From: Camelus ferus
Taxonomy: Eukaryota
Length of the DNA stretch: 64,000 nucleotides
Reading direction: 5' to 3'
Assembly: GCF_009834535.1 (NCBI RefSeq)
Contig: NC_045698.1
Span: 10,418,001-10,482,000, forward strand
Shown here: positions 22,062-34,557 of the stretch, piece after piece
Layout: each line of letters opens with the position of its first letter
How positions within the stretch are numbered: position 1 is the first letter of the stretch
Made by a program: the position numbers and the translations under genes
The notes under the pieces: generated by a model
What the model was told of the DNA's origin: nothing
Seen by the model: the letters and a program-made list of their open reading frames with translations, nothing else
Databases searched by the model: none

Positions 22062-24376
22062 AAGCCCCGTCAGGTGGGGCACACACGTTCTGGCCAGTGT
22101 TAGGTTGCCAAAGTTGCCTCTGGTTTCTGCCTCTCATTGTTTCTTAATGTGGTAGGTAACCTATAAAGGGAATTTGCCAGTGTTCTGGGTGAGTCCAAGT
22201 GCCTTACAGAATCACCCTGGAGGCCTGGGAAGACCACTGGAGGCCTAGAACAGACATTTGAAAATGTCCTCTAGAACTCTTGAGTATTTTTGTTAAAGGA
22301 ACCACCACTCTGCCCACTCCCACCCATTCAGGCCACCTAATCCCCCCGCCGGGTCAGCCGCAGCCTCCTTCCTTCTTGTCGGCTTCTGTGAAGCTGTCTG
22401 CGGTCACTGCCAAGCAGCTATACCTACGCCACGGCCTCGGTCTTCCTTCCTCCTTTAATGGGCACCTTCTGGAAAGTTCCACCAAGAGCAAGAGAGTGGA
22501 TGTGGATCAACCCACTGACTGTGCCAGCCCCCAAATGTGGACGTCCACAACTTCCCCACACCCCTTCCCCAGTCTAGACAGCAGTGAAAATACAGCCTTG
22601 CCTTTCTCTCAGAGGCTGGCCAGCATTAAATGAGATAGATTTTTAAATGCCTGATACTTAGATTGGTACATGGTGAGTTTTCAGAAACTCTAAACAGCTG
22701 TGTTCTTGTGGCAAAATATGAATTATGAGACAAAATCTGGTACACTGTATTACCAAAGACATCTGTACCACATAAGTTGGTTTTGTTTACATTTTCTAGC
22801 AAATGTGGCTTTGTAGTCTCAAAACCATCGGGTGTCAGGATACTAAAGTGCATGCTAAAAGGATAGGACTGCATAAAGGAGTGTACCCAGGCCAAGCCTA
22901 ATGTGGACAGTCCGGGGACACGGCCAGACTCCTCAGCTGAGACGGAAACGAGAACCTGGCACCCCACTGTGTCTAACTTACGTATCCACTGCGGGCCAGA
23001 GCATGGCCCAGCCCTTGGGATCCCCAGCACGCTGGCTCGCTGACAGTGGACAGCCGTCTGCTTCCGTGTGTCCTGATACCAGCTCAGTAACCCAGAGCTG
23101 ACATGCATGTGGCAAGATTTCTGACAGCCACATCTGCACAACCAGGACCTGCCCCAAGCATCCAAGAGCCCAGGTGAGACCAGCGTCTTCAGAGTCCTGG
23201 GAATCCGTGAACATCCAGACGACATCTTTGGTGGGAGCCTCTGAGAAGATGCTGAGGGGAGCAGGGCGCCTGACGTGCCACCTGCCGACAGAGGGGATGG
23301 GGCAGGACGTAGCTTGGGATTTGGCAGAGGTCTCAGCTTCCTCCTCCTTCCCTGGACCAAGGGGTCACTTGGTAAATGACAGCTTGGGACAAATACTGTC
23401 ATTTGTGGTTTTTTCCACTCAGCAGCTACCACCACACAGCTTGTGGGCCTGGGTAGGTGGCCTCAAGAAGTGATCTTTGTTTTAATTTTGCAATCTTGCC
23501 TCGCTGACTGAGTTACTGAACATGTATTGAGTGCCTGCTACATGTCAGTCACTGTGATGGATGCTAAAGACACAGTAGTGACCCGAAGAGATCGGGTACC
23601 ACTGGCACTCCAAGATAAGGAGAAGGTAGGCTTCCCCTTGCCAGGGGTTGTCCCCATGGCTGCAGCATCTTCGGGACACTGGAATCACGCAAGCTTGTAA
23701 GAGGGCTGCCCACCAAGGGACGTGTGAAGGAGGCAGAGTAGCTCTCCATGAGAGCAGAACAGGAACTGATTTACTTTACAGATGTCCCCCGTTCTTCTTT
23801 TAAAAGGACAAACGTGGAAACGATGAGGGATGCCAGCAGCTCGGCGTGATCCTGGAATACGTGTTCTCGGTGAACATTTTATCTGGCAGATTTGGGACCT
23901 TTTCCATGATCTGATCTGTCAGCGAGCTGAAGAGCTACTCGTTGTGGCTTTTTTTATTTAATAAAACTTTAAAAAATGAGCATGAGAGTCCCAGTGATGT
24001 TACCATGACATAGGTAGAACCCAGCACGGCATCAGTGTGAGGATGAGCTGTTCTTTTGACGGTGCAAGGAAGTCGGGGCTAAAATAAACTTCCAAAGGAA
24101 AATGTCACCATCGCCATAGTTTGTTTTTTTGTTTGTTTGTTTTAAGATTGTTCCTAAATTGCTTTCTAGAGAAACCCTGGTGATCAGTTACTGAAAAAAG
24201 GCACCCAGTTAAGTAGCTAAAGAGTGGCACGGAGGGAGGGTGCAGAGTCCCTCCGTGCCCACCCGGAGAGCCCTGCTCTGGGCCGTCATGCAGCGGCCCA
24301 CGCAGACGCGCACTGTCCTGCCACCAGATTTCACTTCAGTTCCCCTCTGCCTTTTTGTTCCTCTTTCCCTCTACAG

Positions 24377-24624
24377 AGTGAAAGTAGCAGCAGTAGCAAC
24401 ATCTCCACCATGTTGGTGACACACGATTACACGGCAGTGAAGGAGGATGAGATAAACGTCTACCAAGGAGAGGTCGTTCAAATTCTGGCCAGCAATCAAC
24501 AGAACATGTTTCTGGTGTTCCGAGCCGCCACTGACCAGTGCCCCGCAGCCGAGGGCTGGATTCCGGGCTTCGTCCTGGGGCACACCAGTGCAGTCATCAT
24601 GGAGAACCCCGACGGGGCTCTCAA
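24377..24624 (+). CDS. TRIO: TRIO exon ~49, second SH3 domain
   Basis: ctacag|AGT...CTCAA|gtgagt; 248 nt; SESSSSSNISTMLVTHDYTAVKEDEINVYQGEVVQIL...AAEGWIPGFVLGH. Confidence 0.97.
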
Positions 24625-25492
24625 GTGAGTGCCCGGCAGGGCAGCTGGGGTTGGGGGAGCCTGGGAGGGGGCGCCCGTGGAGAGAAAGCTGTGCTGTGGT
24701 CAGTTGAATGAGTTCATTCCTAAGTGCTATGTGGAACCCCGAAGTGAAAATGGGCTGGCCTTCCCTCTCAGACTCGTTTGATGAATTCTTTTAATAACCT
24801 GTGTTTGCACACACGTGGCTTTTTTAAACCGCTAGGTAGAACACAGAGATATTTTAAGTCCCAGAGGTCCTGAGAGGGGAAGCTTTTTAAGACCCCCTAA
24901 CTCGTTACTGGTTGTGCTGAGGGTGCGTGGGTGAAGATCATCATTCTGTAAGCTGCAGCTAAAGGTCTGTTATGCCATTACCATTACGCCCTATATATAC
25001 TGGAAGATTAGTTCAGTTAAGAAACTTGAAACCAATTTTGCTGCATTAAGCATTATTTTAAAGGAAGCTGAATTCAGCTGCTGGTTTCAAACTCTGCCCT
25101 TCCCTGAATCTCTCTGGCTATGGGAGAGGACAGCCAGGTGGCTTCTGGGAGTGGAAGCATTGCAAACCTATGATTTTTAAGTCTTCAAAGGCTTCAGCCC
25201 AAAAAATCAGACTCAAGGGCACTAACAGTGGCCACATTCCTCTCCAGGCATGGCAGTTCCCCTGCCTGGGTTTGCAGCCCAGACTGGCCAGCATCCCAGC
25301 ACCACCCTGTACCTCTGGGCTCAGCGTTCACACCCGGGCTTGAGTCCGGGCTTGAGTTCAGGCTACAAAGAACCTACTGTCCTTAACAGTCCCTTGTCCT
25401 GTTTCTCCTTGATATATGGAAATATTTTATTCTGGCACATTGTTCAAGAGTCCCGTTTTTTATTTTGCTTTCTCAAAAATATTCTTAGGTCC

Positions 25493-25866
25493 TGTATTAG
25501 GGTTCTGCAGAGAAATAGAACCAATAGAGTGTAGGGGTGTATGTATATTATAAGGTTGGCTCATACAATTGTGGAGACCGGCGAGTCCAGATCTGCACTG
25601 TGGGCCAGCAGGCTGGGGGCCTGGAAGAGCCAGTGGTGCAGATGAAGCCTAAAGGCATTCTGCCTGAGAATTCCCTCTTGCTCAGGGAGGCCAGTCTTTT
25701 TGTTCTAGTCAGGCCTTCAACTGATTGGATGAAGCCCACCACACTTTGGAGGGCAGTCTGCTTTACTCTACCAATTAAAATGTCAGTTTCATCCAGGAAC
25801 ACCCAAAATGATGTGTGACCAAATAACTGAGCGCTGTCAAGTTGATACATAAAACTAACCATCCCA
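25493..25866 (-). mobile_element. MLT2 (ERVL) solo LTR
   Basis: tgtattagggttctgcagagaaatagaaccaatag...caagttgatacataaaactaaccatccca. Confidence 0.85.
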
Positions 25867-26101
25867 GGTAGCTTTGTATTTTAATCCTTAAAACTTAACT
25901 TAAGAAATTGTTGGTTTTATATCTCTGGTTATCGAGAACCACAGGAAAGTTCTCCTCAGCAGAGATGACTGTTGCTAAAGGAATCTCAGTCCCCTGACAG
26001 CCGCCTACGTTGGACAGTCAGCTCTTCTCTAATGCTTTCAGGGAATCATTTGCTGAACACTGGGGAGGCATAATACTAGCAATGTGTTATCCGCCCCCTA
26101 G

Positions 26102-26240
26102 GAAGGCAACATCTTGGCACACAGCACTCCGTTTAAGGAAGAAATCTGAGAAAAAAGATAAAGACGGCAAACGGGAAGGCAAGTTGGAGAACGGTTATCG
26201 GAAGTCCCGGGAAGGGCTCAGCAACAAGGCATCTGTGAAG
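26102..26240 (+). CDS. TRIO: TRIO exon ~50
   Basis: ccctag|GAAG...GTGAAG|gtgagc; 139 nt; KATSWHTALRLRKKSEKKDKDGKREGKLENGYRKSREGLSNKASVK. Confidence 0.95.
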
Positions 26241-26990
26241 GTGAGCACAGCGCCTCCAGGGACCTGTGTCGCTCCTCGGGGAGCAGGAGGAGCCTGGACC
26301 GGGTCCTGGCAGCACCCCGTCTCCCTCTGCCCTGCGAGTAGACCCGAGGGCCTTTGTAGGGGGATGGTGTGGCCCAGGTATGCACCGGTGTTCCGAGGAA
26401 CCAGGTATACAAGTGTACACCTCACTGGGCGCATGCGTGGCTGACAAGGACCGCCGCTAGGTTCCCAGAGGAAGCAGAGACTAGATCCCCAGAGGCAGGC
26501 AGAGCACGGGGCTCAGACCACAGGGGAGGTGACGAGATGCTGAGACACAGGGTCACCAGCTGCAGCAAGTTCCCTCGGCAGGAGCTTCAGCCAGCTTTAC
26601 TCCTGTAACCAGAGTGCCTTAAACCTGTTCGGGTCCTGTTTGGAGAAAAAATATTTCCTAAAGGGAATCCAAGGACCCTGGGTCAGGACACCGGCCATTC
26701 TGCCGGAAGGAGGGGATCCAGGGATCCGCAGGACTCAGCTCGTAGGATGAAAATAAAGGACATCTCCGAGTTTAAGCAGCATTTTCGTGTTTATGGGTAG
26801 GAAAGAAAAAACTCTCCTCCATTTGTGTGACACGAAGCTTTCGGGTGCATTCAAAGGCAGTGAGATACCAGGCAGGCCAAGTTGTCTTTCCTCTCATCTT
26901 TCCACCATAGTTGCAGCCCTGGAATAAAACTAATGTATCTCAAGATAGCTTATGACTCTGGTTAATAGCTGTGTGCTCCTTCCATTTCAG

Positions 26991-27018
26991 CTTCTCAATC
27001 CCAACTACATATATGACG
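26991..27018 (+). CDS. TRIO: TRIO exon ~51 (28-nt microexon)
   Basis: tttcag|CTTCTCAATCCCAACTACATATATGACG|gtgagt; LLNPNYIYD; needed for phase continuity. Confidence 0.93.
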
Positions 27019-27222
27019 GTGAGTTCTGCTCTTTTGCTGCTAGTCTTTTAGGGGGCAGGTCTGTGGGGTTTCAGGACACTTGGGTGTAGCCTGTGGACAT
27101 GGGTTTTCTGTGGAGCTCTGGGCTTGGACAGCATCTTAGGCCACACACGTCTGTTGGGGAAGCACTGGTGGGCACGGGAGGGGAGCCGGGTGACCGGCGT
27201 GACTGACTCCTTTCCGGTGCAG

Positions 27223-27385
27223 TTCCCCCAGAATTCGTCATTCCCTTGAGTGAGGTCACGTGTGAGACAGGGGAGACCGTTGTTCTTAGATGTCGGGTCT
27301 GTGGCCGCCCCAAGGCCTCGATCACCTGGAAGGGCCCTGAACACAGCACCCTGAACAACGATGACCACTACAGCATCTCCTACAG
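27223..27385 (+). CDS. TRIO: TRIO exon ~52, Ig-like domain
   Basis: gtgcag|TTCC...TACAG|gtgagg; 163 nt; PPEFVIPLSEVTCETGETVVLRCRVCGRPKASITWKGPEHSTLNNDDHYSISY. Confidence 0.96.
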
Positions 27386-27646
27386 GTGAGGGGGCCCTTC
27401 AGGACAGTGAACGTGACCTCATTTCACTGGGACTGACAGTCGACTCCCTTGGTCACCTTTGGCCCTGGGATGCCCCCCTCGTGAGGGAATGTGTCACACC
27501 TGGGTGGGCAGCTGGGATTGAAATCCTACTTGAAACTGCCCGTCAGCACCTGAGCTCCTGGTTTCCTGTGTCCCCGAGGGAGAGAGGGGGGCTGGCGGCG
27601 GGGAGAGCTGAGCCGCCCTGAACCTGTGTGCCCTCCTGTGCGGCAG

Positions 27647-27768
27647 TGACTTGGGAGAGGCCGCTCTGAAGATCGTCGGTGTGACCACCGAGGACGACGG
27701 CATCTACACGTGCATTGCTGTGAACGACATGGGGTCAGCCTCGTCTTCGGCGAGTCTGAGGGTTCTAG
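27647..27768 (+). CDS. TRIO: TRIO exon ~53, Ig-like domain
   Basis: cggcag|TGAC...CTAG|gtgaga; 122 nt; DLGEAALKIVGVTTEDDGIYTCIAVNDMGSASSSASLRVL (DxGxYxC motif). Confidence 0.96.
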
Positions 27769-29062
27769 GTGAGACACCCCCCATCCCCGCCACACGCACA
27801 CACTCGACGTGACCAAAAGTACGTGACACATCACTTGTGGGCTGCAAGGGGCAGACCAGCCTCTGGGATGCCCAGGCGGGTGACCCCTGGGCAGGCAAGG
27901 AGCTCGGCAAAGGCCTCTACCCACGGCCGCTGAGCCCGGGAGCCTCTGGTGCCGGCCGCGAGGAGCAGCAAGGGGCATCCTGTGCTCTTAGCACTCAAAA
28001 CGCGTTCTCGTCCGCAGCTTTTCCTTTGTCTGATTATTCATTTGCCACTTTGGCTCTAAGAGGAACTATTCTAAGTCAGACTCATGTAGAAGAGAACCAA
28101 AAGGAAGGAAAGGAGGGAGTGTGGGTAAGGCCCGTGCAGGCTCTGTGCCCGTGCTAGACCCTGACAGCCCTGCAGTCCTCCGATCCCTCCCATGAGCGTG
28201 AGGTGACCTCAGTGGGACGAAAGCCCTTGCTCTCCCCGTGCCCAGCAAAGCCTGTTCTCTCTCCTCAGCTGAACCCTGAGCTTCTGGAGGCAGAGCCATA
28301 TCTTAGGCCATTTAGAATTTCCTATGGTTGCACTTGACGTGTGCAGATGCTCTGAACCACACATCCAGGCTGATTTTCAGCTTCGATTTTGCAGAAGGCC
28401 CTCTGTGCCATCAGGGATGCTGGTGGGCCCGCCAGCTACACTGGGTATAGGAAGCTGCTTCCAAGAGTGAAAATTAAAGAACTAAATTAAATAAATGAAG
28501 TAAAATAATTTTTTAAAAGCTAAGGAAAAGAAAGAAATAAAAGAACTAAAGGTGAACTGAGTCCAGGGACACCCTGTGTGTAGACAGTGAACACAGTTGT
28601 CTTAGAACTTCTATCTTTGTATCTTACTCCAGTGTATTTTAACCTCATTAAGTCAAAGGGTTCTGGGTTTTGGATCATGGTACAAGAAAGGAAGAAAACT
28701 TGAATTTGACCACAGATAATCATCCATGTTCTAATTTTAAAAGATGTCACAAAAATTATATAGTTGATTTCTTAAAAATAAAGCAGTAGTGAAAGCAAGG
28801 AAGTTTAGGGAGACAAGACTCTTCCTAGGAATATGCTGTCTTGTAGAAACGCGAGGGTGTGTTTATTTCTGTCGCACAAATCCATCTGTTTCTCATACTG
28901 AGTCCCAGCACACGGCATGGATTTTACCCTTCGTTCCGTGAACCACAGTTCAGATGCTCAGCGACCCCGAGCGGCTGCCGCGTTGGGCAGCACAGGGCTC
29001 TAGTCCCCACCCCCGAGAGGGGCCCGAGAACCAGGCTCAGGGAGGTGCCGCTCTTCTTGCAG

Positions 29063-29141
29063 GTCCAGGGAGTGATGGCATCACGGTGACCTGGAAAGAC
29101 AACTTCGACTGCTTCTACAGCGAAGTGGCTGAGCTTGGCAG
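29063..29141 (+). CDS. TRIO: TRIO exon ~54, start of kinase domain
   Basis: ttgcag|GTCC...GGCAG|gtagga; 79 nt; PGSDGITVTWKDNFDCFYSEVAELGR. Confidence 0.95.
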
Positions 29142-30895
29142 GTAGGACGGAAACCCGCAGCCCCTCCTGAGGTCGCAGAGTGAGAGACGCAGCTCTGTGG
29201 AACACCCAGAGAAAGTTACAGGGTGTATTTTGCCGGCAGTTGCAAGTTAGGCGTGTGACCTCTGAAGTGTAACTTGTAATCACCTTTCGATATTAAACGT
29301 TGAGGAATAAGGAAGACATTTCCAGTCCAGGTTCCAAGAGAGAACCGACACTTACTGCCCTGACCCGACCATTGATGGGGTGAACTGACGCCCTCTCTGC
29401 ATCTAGGGTGGCGCCAGCTGCGCCCCAGCCTTTGGAGAACCCAGGGAAGGGGCGCTCAGACCCCTTCTTATGGGACGTCATTCTCTGAAACCCAGCTGGG
29501 AGATGCTGAATGTGTCCTGCAGGTTTCAGCTGCACCTGGCGATCTAGAGTGTACCCTAAGAGGGGAGCTTCAACAGAGTAGGGCTGTCTCTCTCCAGACA
29601 GCAGCCAGGGCGCGGGCGGCAGCTCTGCGGTGCCCTCTGTCACCCAGGGTCTGCCACAGCTCCATGTCCACCTCACGTGGCCCTCATCCACCCTGCAGCG
29701 TTTCCTGTGTGGCAGGGGCGTCAGAAGCATGACACCCGAGCTTGTCCCTTTTGAAAAGCTTTCCAAGAAACCCCCCAGCAGCAGGCTCGCAGGTTCTGGT
29801 GGCCATTCCTGGGCTCCTGGCTGCCGGGGTCCATGCGCACACCTGCTGCATCAGCCCCACCTGTCTGCCAGCCGTCTGGCCACACAAGGCTCACCCTGCA
29901 GTCGGAGCCACAGGGATGTATCACTTCGTGCACCGTGTGACTGGCCTGGCCAGCATTCTTTTCAATTCTGTTGGTCCCTCCTGGACTTGGTCAGCAGGCA
30001 CTCCCACCCGCACCCACACGTCTGGCCTCGCCTGGGTCCTGGGCCTCTCTCCACATAGACTTTCACCCCGGGCTTCCTCGTGTGATGGCTGGAGCATCCC
30101 AGGAGAGCAGAAGCTGTGAGGCCTCTCAGGGCCCCACTTCAGAAATGAACAATCGCGCCTTCTCCGTATTCTGTGGGCAGACCGGGCCACCTGCCAGCCC
30201 CGACTCCAGGCAAGAGGAAGAGACTCGGCCTGTCTGAGGGAGGGGGGCAAAGTAGAGTGCCCATCCTTGGCCCAGCACAGTCTGCCCCTGGCCACAGATT
30301 TACGTCTTTCCTCACATTCCCCAGCCCCCAGATCTCATCCTGTGGTGGCAGCGGGCTCAGATCCGCGGTCCTGGATCTGGTCCAGGCACAGCTGAGTCTT
30401 CCTGGGGGGGGGGGTTCATTGGGTGCAGCTCCTGAGACCACACACTAGAGATGAGTTACCAGCCCTACACACATATCCTACAACGGCAGGACAGAGCAGG
30501 GATGGCAAGAGATACTCCTGTCCAAAGTTGGGGAGGGCGTGGGGTGACCATCCATTCCAAGCTGCTTCACGTGGTGAGGAAGGTTTTCCACGAGAGCAAA
30601 GTGGAAGCTGCCTGGTAAGTCTCATGGCGTCCCTCCTGCCACGTTCAGAGGTCAGAGGGAGTCACGTGGCCTGCCCTTACACGGGGGAGTCTGCTTCCAG
30701 GAGGGGGAGAGGCGGAGTCGCAGGCTGGCTCCCTCGAGGCCATCGTGGGCCGCAGCCCCTCCGCGCGTGGCCGGGAGAGCAGGCTCACCTGCCAGAGGAG
30801 GCCGCCCCACATCTGGTCCATTCAGGGTAACAGAGTCTTTTCCTGGTGGCACAGGCAGAGTCCTCTGAAAGCTGTCTTCTCCACCTGCTTTCCAG

Positions 30896-31096
30896 GGGCA
30901 GGTTCTCTGTCGTCAAGAAATGCGATCAGAAGGGAACCAAGCGATCAGTGGCCACAAAGTTTGTGAACAAGAAGTTGATGAAACGTGACCAGGTCACCCG
31001 CGAGCTCGGGGTCCTGCAGAGCCTGCAGCACCCGCTGCTCGTCAGCCTCCTCGACACCTTCGAGACCCCCACCAGCTACGTCCTGGTTTTGGAAAT
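30896..31096 (+). CDS. TRIO: TRIO exon ~55, kinase N-lobe
   Basis: ttccag|GGGC...GAAAT|gtgcgt; 201 nt; GRFSVVKKCDQKGTKRSVATKFVNKKLMKRDQVTRELGVLQSLQHPLLVSLLDTFETPTSYVLVLE. Confidence 0.97.
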
Positions 31097-31644
31097 GTGC
31101 GTGCCCGCCCGCTGCCCCTCCTCTCCCTGCCCCGGCCTCAGCCTCAGGTGGCCCTGTTGGTTACTCTCGAAGAAGGAGACAAAGTGGGACTCAGGATTCA
31201 CAGGACTTCTGAGACACGTGTCCACTCTGAGACCACGGCCATAGGGCTTCCCGGTGATGGTGCCAGGAAGCAAGGCCTCTGTACAAGCTGCCCACACGGA
31301 GGCACAGGCCAAGCAACAGAACGCCCGCCACCCAGGCTCCCTTGGGGTCTCAGCCTCCCTGGAGACTCCACCTAGTTCCCAGAGTCCCGCGGGGCTGGGC
31401 CACCCTGGCTGAGACCTGCCTGGGGCCTCCAGCCCAGCCCTGGGGCCCATCCTGGCCCTCAGAGCTCCTGGCCCCCAAAAGGTGGTTACAATGGGGAGAT
31501 GAGGTGCACCTCACCTAAAGAACGGTCTCCTGGGGGTGGCTCTGACCAGAGCAGCCCCGCTGGTCCCCAAGGTCCTCACTGGGCCCTGTGTGCTACCTCA
31601 GTAAACGCTCTGTCGTTTAAAGATAAAGAGTATGACGCGTATGA

Positions 31645-31800
31645 CCCAGAGCAGTTTTGCCCCCCAGGGGACACTTGGCAAACATCTGCAGGCTTTTTGG
31701 TTATCACAGCTAGACGTTCCTCAGGGCACAGGGTGGCCTCGCAACGGAGAGTCACTGGCCCAGAGAATCAGTCACGCTGGGGTGGGGACTGCCCTTAGAA
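31645..31800. mobile_element. MER20-like hAT fragment
   Basis: ttttgccccccaggggacacttggcaa...tttttggttatcaca. Confidence 0.6.
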
Positions 31801-32599
31801 CATCCCGGTCTCTCTGGACCATCTCGGCACTTAGCTTTGTTTAAATTCCTTTTCCTCCCTTTCAGGGCAGTCATTGCATACGTTTATTTACTTGGGTTTA
31901 CAATTTCATTTCCATTGGCTCAAGTGAAACCTCTAGCGCCGTTTCGTAGTTCTTGACACGTTGTTGTAGGGAGAGGAGGCTGAGCAGGAGGACCGGCCGC
32001 TCGGGGCACGTTCATGGTGGCAGCGGCTCCCTGATTGCAGGGCCTCCCTCAAGACAGATTTTCTGTCTGTCATATCCTTAAAGAATTTGTAAGTGCCTCT
32101 ACCCTACAGCCTTCATGGGCCTGTTCCGGCCTCTCTCTGGCCTAGCAAACCTGTGAGAGGGCGGGGGGCAGATGGGTCCTGCCCAGCGCCACCAGTTGTG
32201 AGGTCAGGGGACCTGGGCTCGTTTTCAGCCTCGCTCCTGTGGAATCCCAACCACTTTGGAAGGTTGCTGTGGGGCTGAGATGATGTCCAGGCAGAGACCT
32301 GGGAAGGGGCTTTCTGGCTCTGGAAGCTTGATGACTGACAGCTACTGCTTATCTTACTCAGGGAATTTTAACAGAGTCCTAGCGTGCTGGGCAGACTTCT
32401 ACAAGACTTCGGTCTGCTTTAAATTTTCAGTGCATTTAGCTGTTATTTCTTTTCACTGGAAAACTAGATGATTTGGTCTCATCATACTGTAAATAGGATT
32501 TCTTTTCACAACAAATTACTCACAACCAAATTCCCATTGACAGCTCGCCATTACCATACAAGTGGCCGATATGTTCAGAGAGGCCAGGGCCAGAGCACA

Positions 32600-32790
32600 C
32601 CATTGCAATTCCAGTCTTCACCTCCGAGCTGGGTGTCTTGGGGAAGTTATATACCCTCTCTGTGCCTCAGTTTCCTCATCTGTAAAATGAGGACAACTCT
32701 CTTCTTCCAGACTTGTCATGAGGATTAAGTGAGTGGATAGAAAGCATTTAGTCCCTGGCTCACAGCACTATTATGTAAGCATTTTTTAAA
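32600..32790 (+). mobile_element. MIR SINE
   Basis: ctctctgtgcctcagtttcctcatctgtaaaatga. Confidence 0.85.
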
Positions 32791-33271
32791 TGTCGAAAGT
32801 AATGTCACAGTAGGAAGACTTTGAGTCCAATGTCTTGGACTTGGATCGCCTGCCTCTATTTACATTCCCTCATTCAGACCACATGGCCCATTTTCCAGAT
32901 GACGAGACTAAGGCTGGGGGAGGTGGGCTCGCGTTATTCCCTCCTGCAGCAGGTACCTGCAGACCACCTGCTGTGTGCAAGGCACTGCCAAGCAGCATGC
33001 CCAAGTGGTCTGCACGTCCACAGGGAAGGGTTTGAGTCTCTGCCTCCCAGTTCCCTCCAAGGGTTCAGATGCCTTGTTCCTCACTTGTCTCCACGATGAG
33101 GTTAAAAAGAAATTGCCCTCCTGGCCCTGTCGTGCCTTCAGGTGGAGGTGTGAGCCCAAAGTGCCGACGGAACATTGACAGTGGGGCCCAGCTGTGATGT
33201 GTGTGTCGCAGGCAGGGCTCTGAGTGACTGACCGAAACCTAAGCAGATCTTGCACGTTCCTCCCTCTGCAG

Positions 33272-33410
33272 GGCTGACCAGGGACGGCTCCTGGACTGTG
33301 TGGTGCGGTGGGGGAACCTCACAGAAGGGAAGATCAGGGCGTATCTGGGTGAGGTTCTGGAAGCCATCCGATACCTTCACAACTGCAGGATAGCACACCT
33401 GGACCTAAAG
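33272..33410 (+). CDS. TRIO: TRIO exon ~56, kinase catalytic loop
   Basis: ctgcag|GGCT...CTAAAG|gttagt; 139 nt; ADQGRLLDCVVRWGNLTEGKIRAYLGEVLEAIRYLHNCRIAHLDLK. Confidence 0.97.
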
Positions 33411-34002
33411 GTTAGTGGAGTCGCAGGGACGGGAGGGCCACACGTCTGAACCCAGTGAGGCCACGTGGTACCTGAGGCCCACTCTCAGTCTGTCTTCTGA
33501 ATCCAGGCCAGGAGCCCCCAGGGACTGGGGACAAACACGAGGGGTGGGCGATGGGGGCACTGATTTCTGATCTCTGTTTTTAAGTTTGCTCTCAGTGACA
33601 TATAAATAAGCAATAAAGTACCAGATAAACATTTGAGGTCCTCAGACATTTCTTGCGACTTCAGAAAGTTCCTGTGAATCTTGCTGGGTTGGTGTGCGGC
33701 TGGAGCAGCGTGACTGAGACAGGAAGGGGCACGTTGCCGCTGCTGCTGCTAGTAGGGAGGGAGCACTGGCTTCGCCCACCTGCTCGGTTAACACAGCAGC
33801 CGCGTGCTCCAGAGAGGGGCCGACCCGGCTGAGTCAGGCAGCCTCTCCCCTCGGTGTTGGCGCTTTGTCCTCCCGTGGGCTTCCTCCTGTTTTGCACGTA
33901 AACGGCTGGCCCCCATCGACATCATACATTCCTGGTGAGCATCCCGCTTCAGCCTAAGATAGGGGCTGACGGAAATGACAGTTGTCTTGTCCTGTCTCCT
34001 AG

Positions 34003-34557
34003 CCCGAAAACATCCTGGTGGATCAGAGTCTAGCCAAGCCAACCATCAAGCTGGCTGACTTTGGAGATGCTGTCCAACTCAACACGACCTACCACATCCA
34101 CCAGTTACTGGGGAACCCCGAGTTTGCTGCCCCCGAAATCATCCTCGGGAACCCGGTCTCCCTGACCTCGGACACGTGGAGCGTTGGAGTGCTGGCCTAC
34201 GTGCTTCTGAGTGGCGTGTCCCCCTTCCTGGACGACAGCGTGGAAGAGACCTGCCTGAACATTTGCCGGCTTGACTTTAGTTTCCCAGATGACTACTTCC
34301 AAGGAGTGAGCCAGAGAGCCAAGGACTTCGTGTGCTTCCTCCTCCACGAGGACCCCGCCAAGCGTCCCTCGGCTGCGCTGGCCCTCCAGGAGCAGTGGCT
34401 GCAGGCGGGCCATGGCCACGGCCACAGCAAAGGCGCAAGTGTCCTGGACACGTCCAGACTGACCTCCTTCATTGAGCGGCGCAAACACCAGAACGATGTT
34501 CGACCTATCCGAAGCATTAAAAACTTCTTACAGAGCAGGCTCTTGCCTAGAGTTTGA
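34003..34557 (+). CDS. TRIO: TRIO last coding exon (~57), kinase C-lobe to stop
   Basis: tcctag|CCCGAAAAC; PENILV...LADFGD...GNPEFAAPE...QSRLLPRV-TGA. Confidence 0.98.
   Translation, partial: PENILVDQSLAKPTIKLADFGDAVQLNTTYHIHQLLGNPEFAAPEIILGNPVSLTSDTWSVGVLAYVLLSGVSPFLDDSVEETCLNICRLDFSFPDDYFQGVSQRAKDFVCFLLHEDPAKRPSAALALQEQWLQAGHGHGHSKGASVLDTSRLTSFIERRKHQNDVRPIRSIKNFLQSRLLPRV

Noticed and set aside
22626..23435. 269-aa minus-strand ORF in intron 48
   Set aside because: Non-ATG start, no recognisable domain or splice structure; likely a chance ORF.
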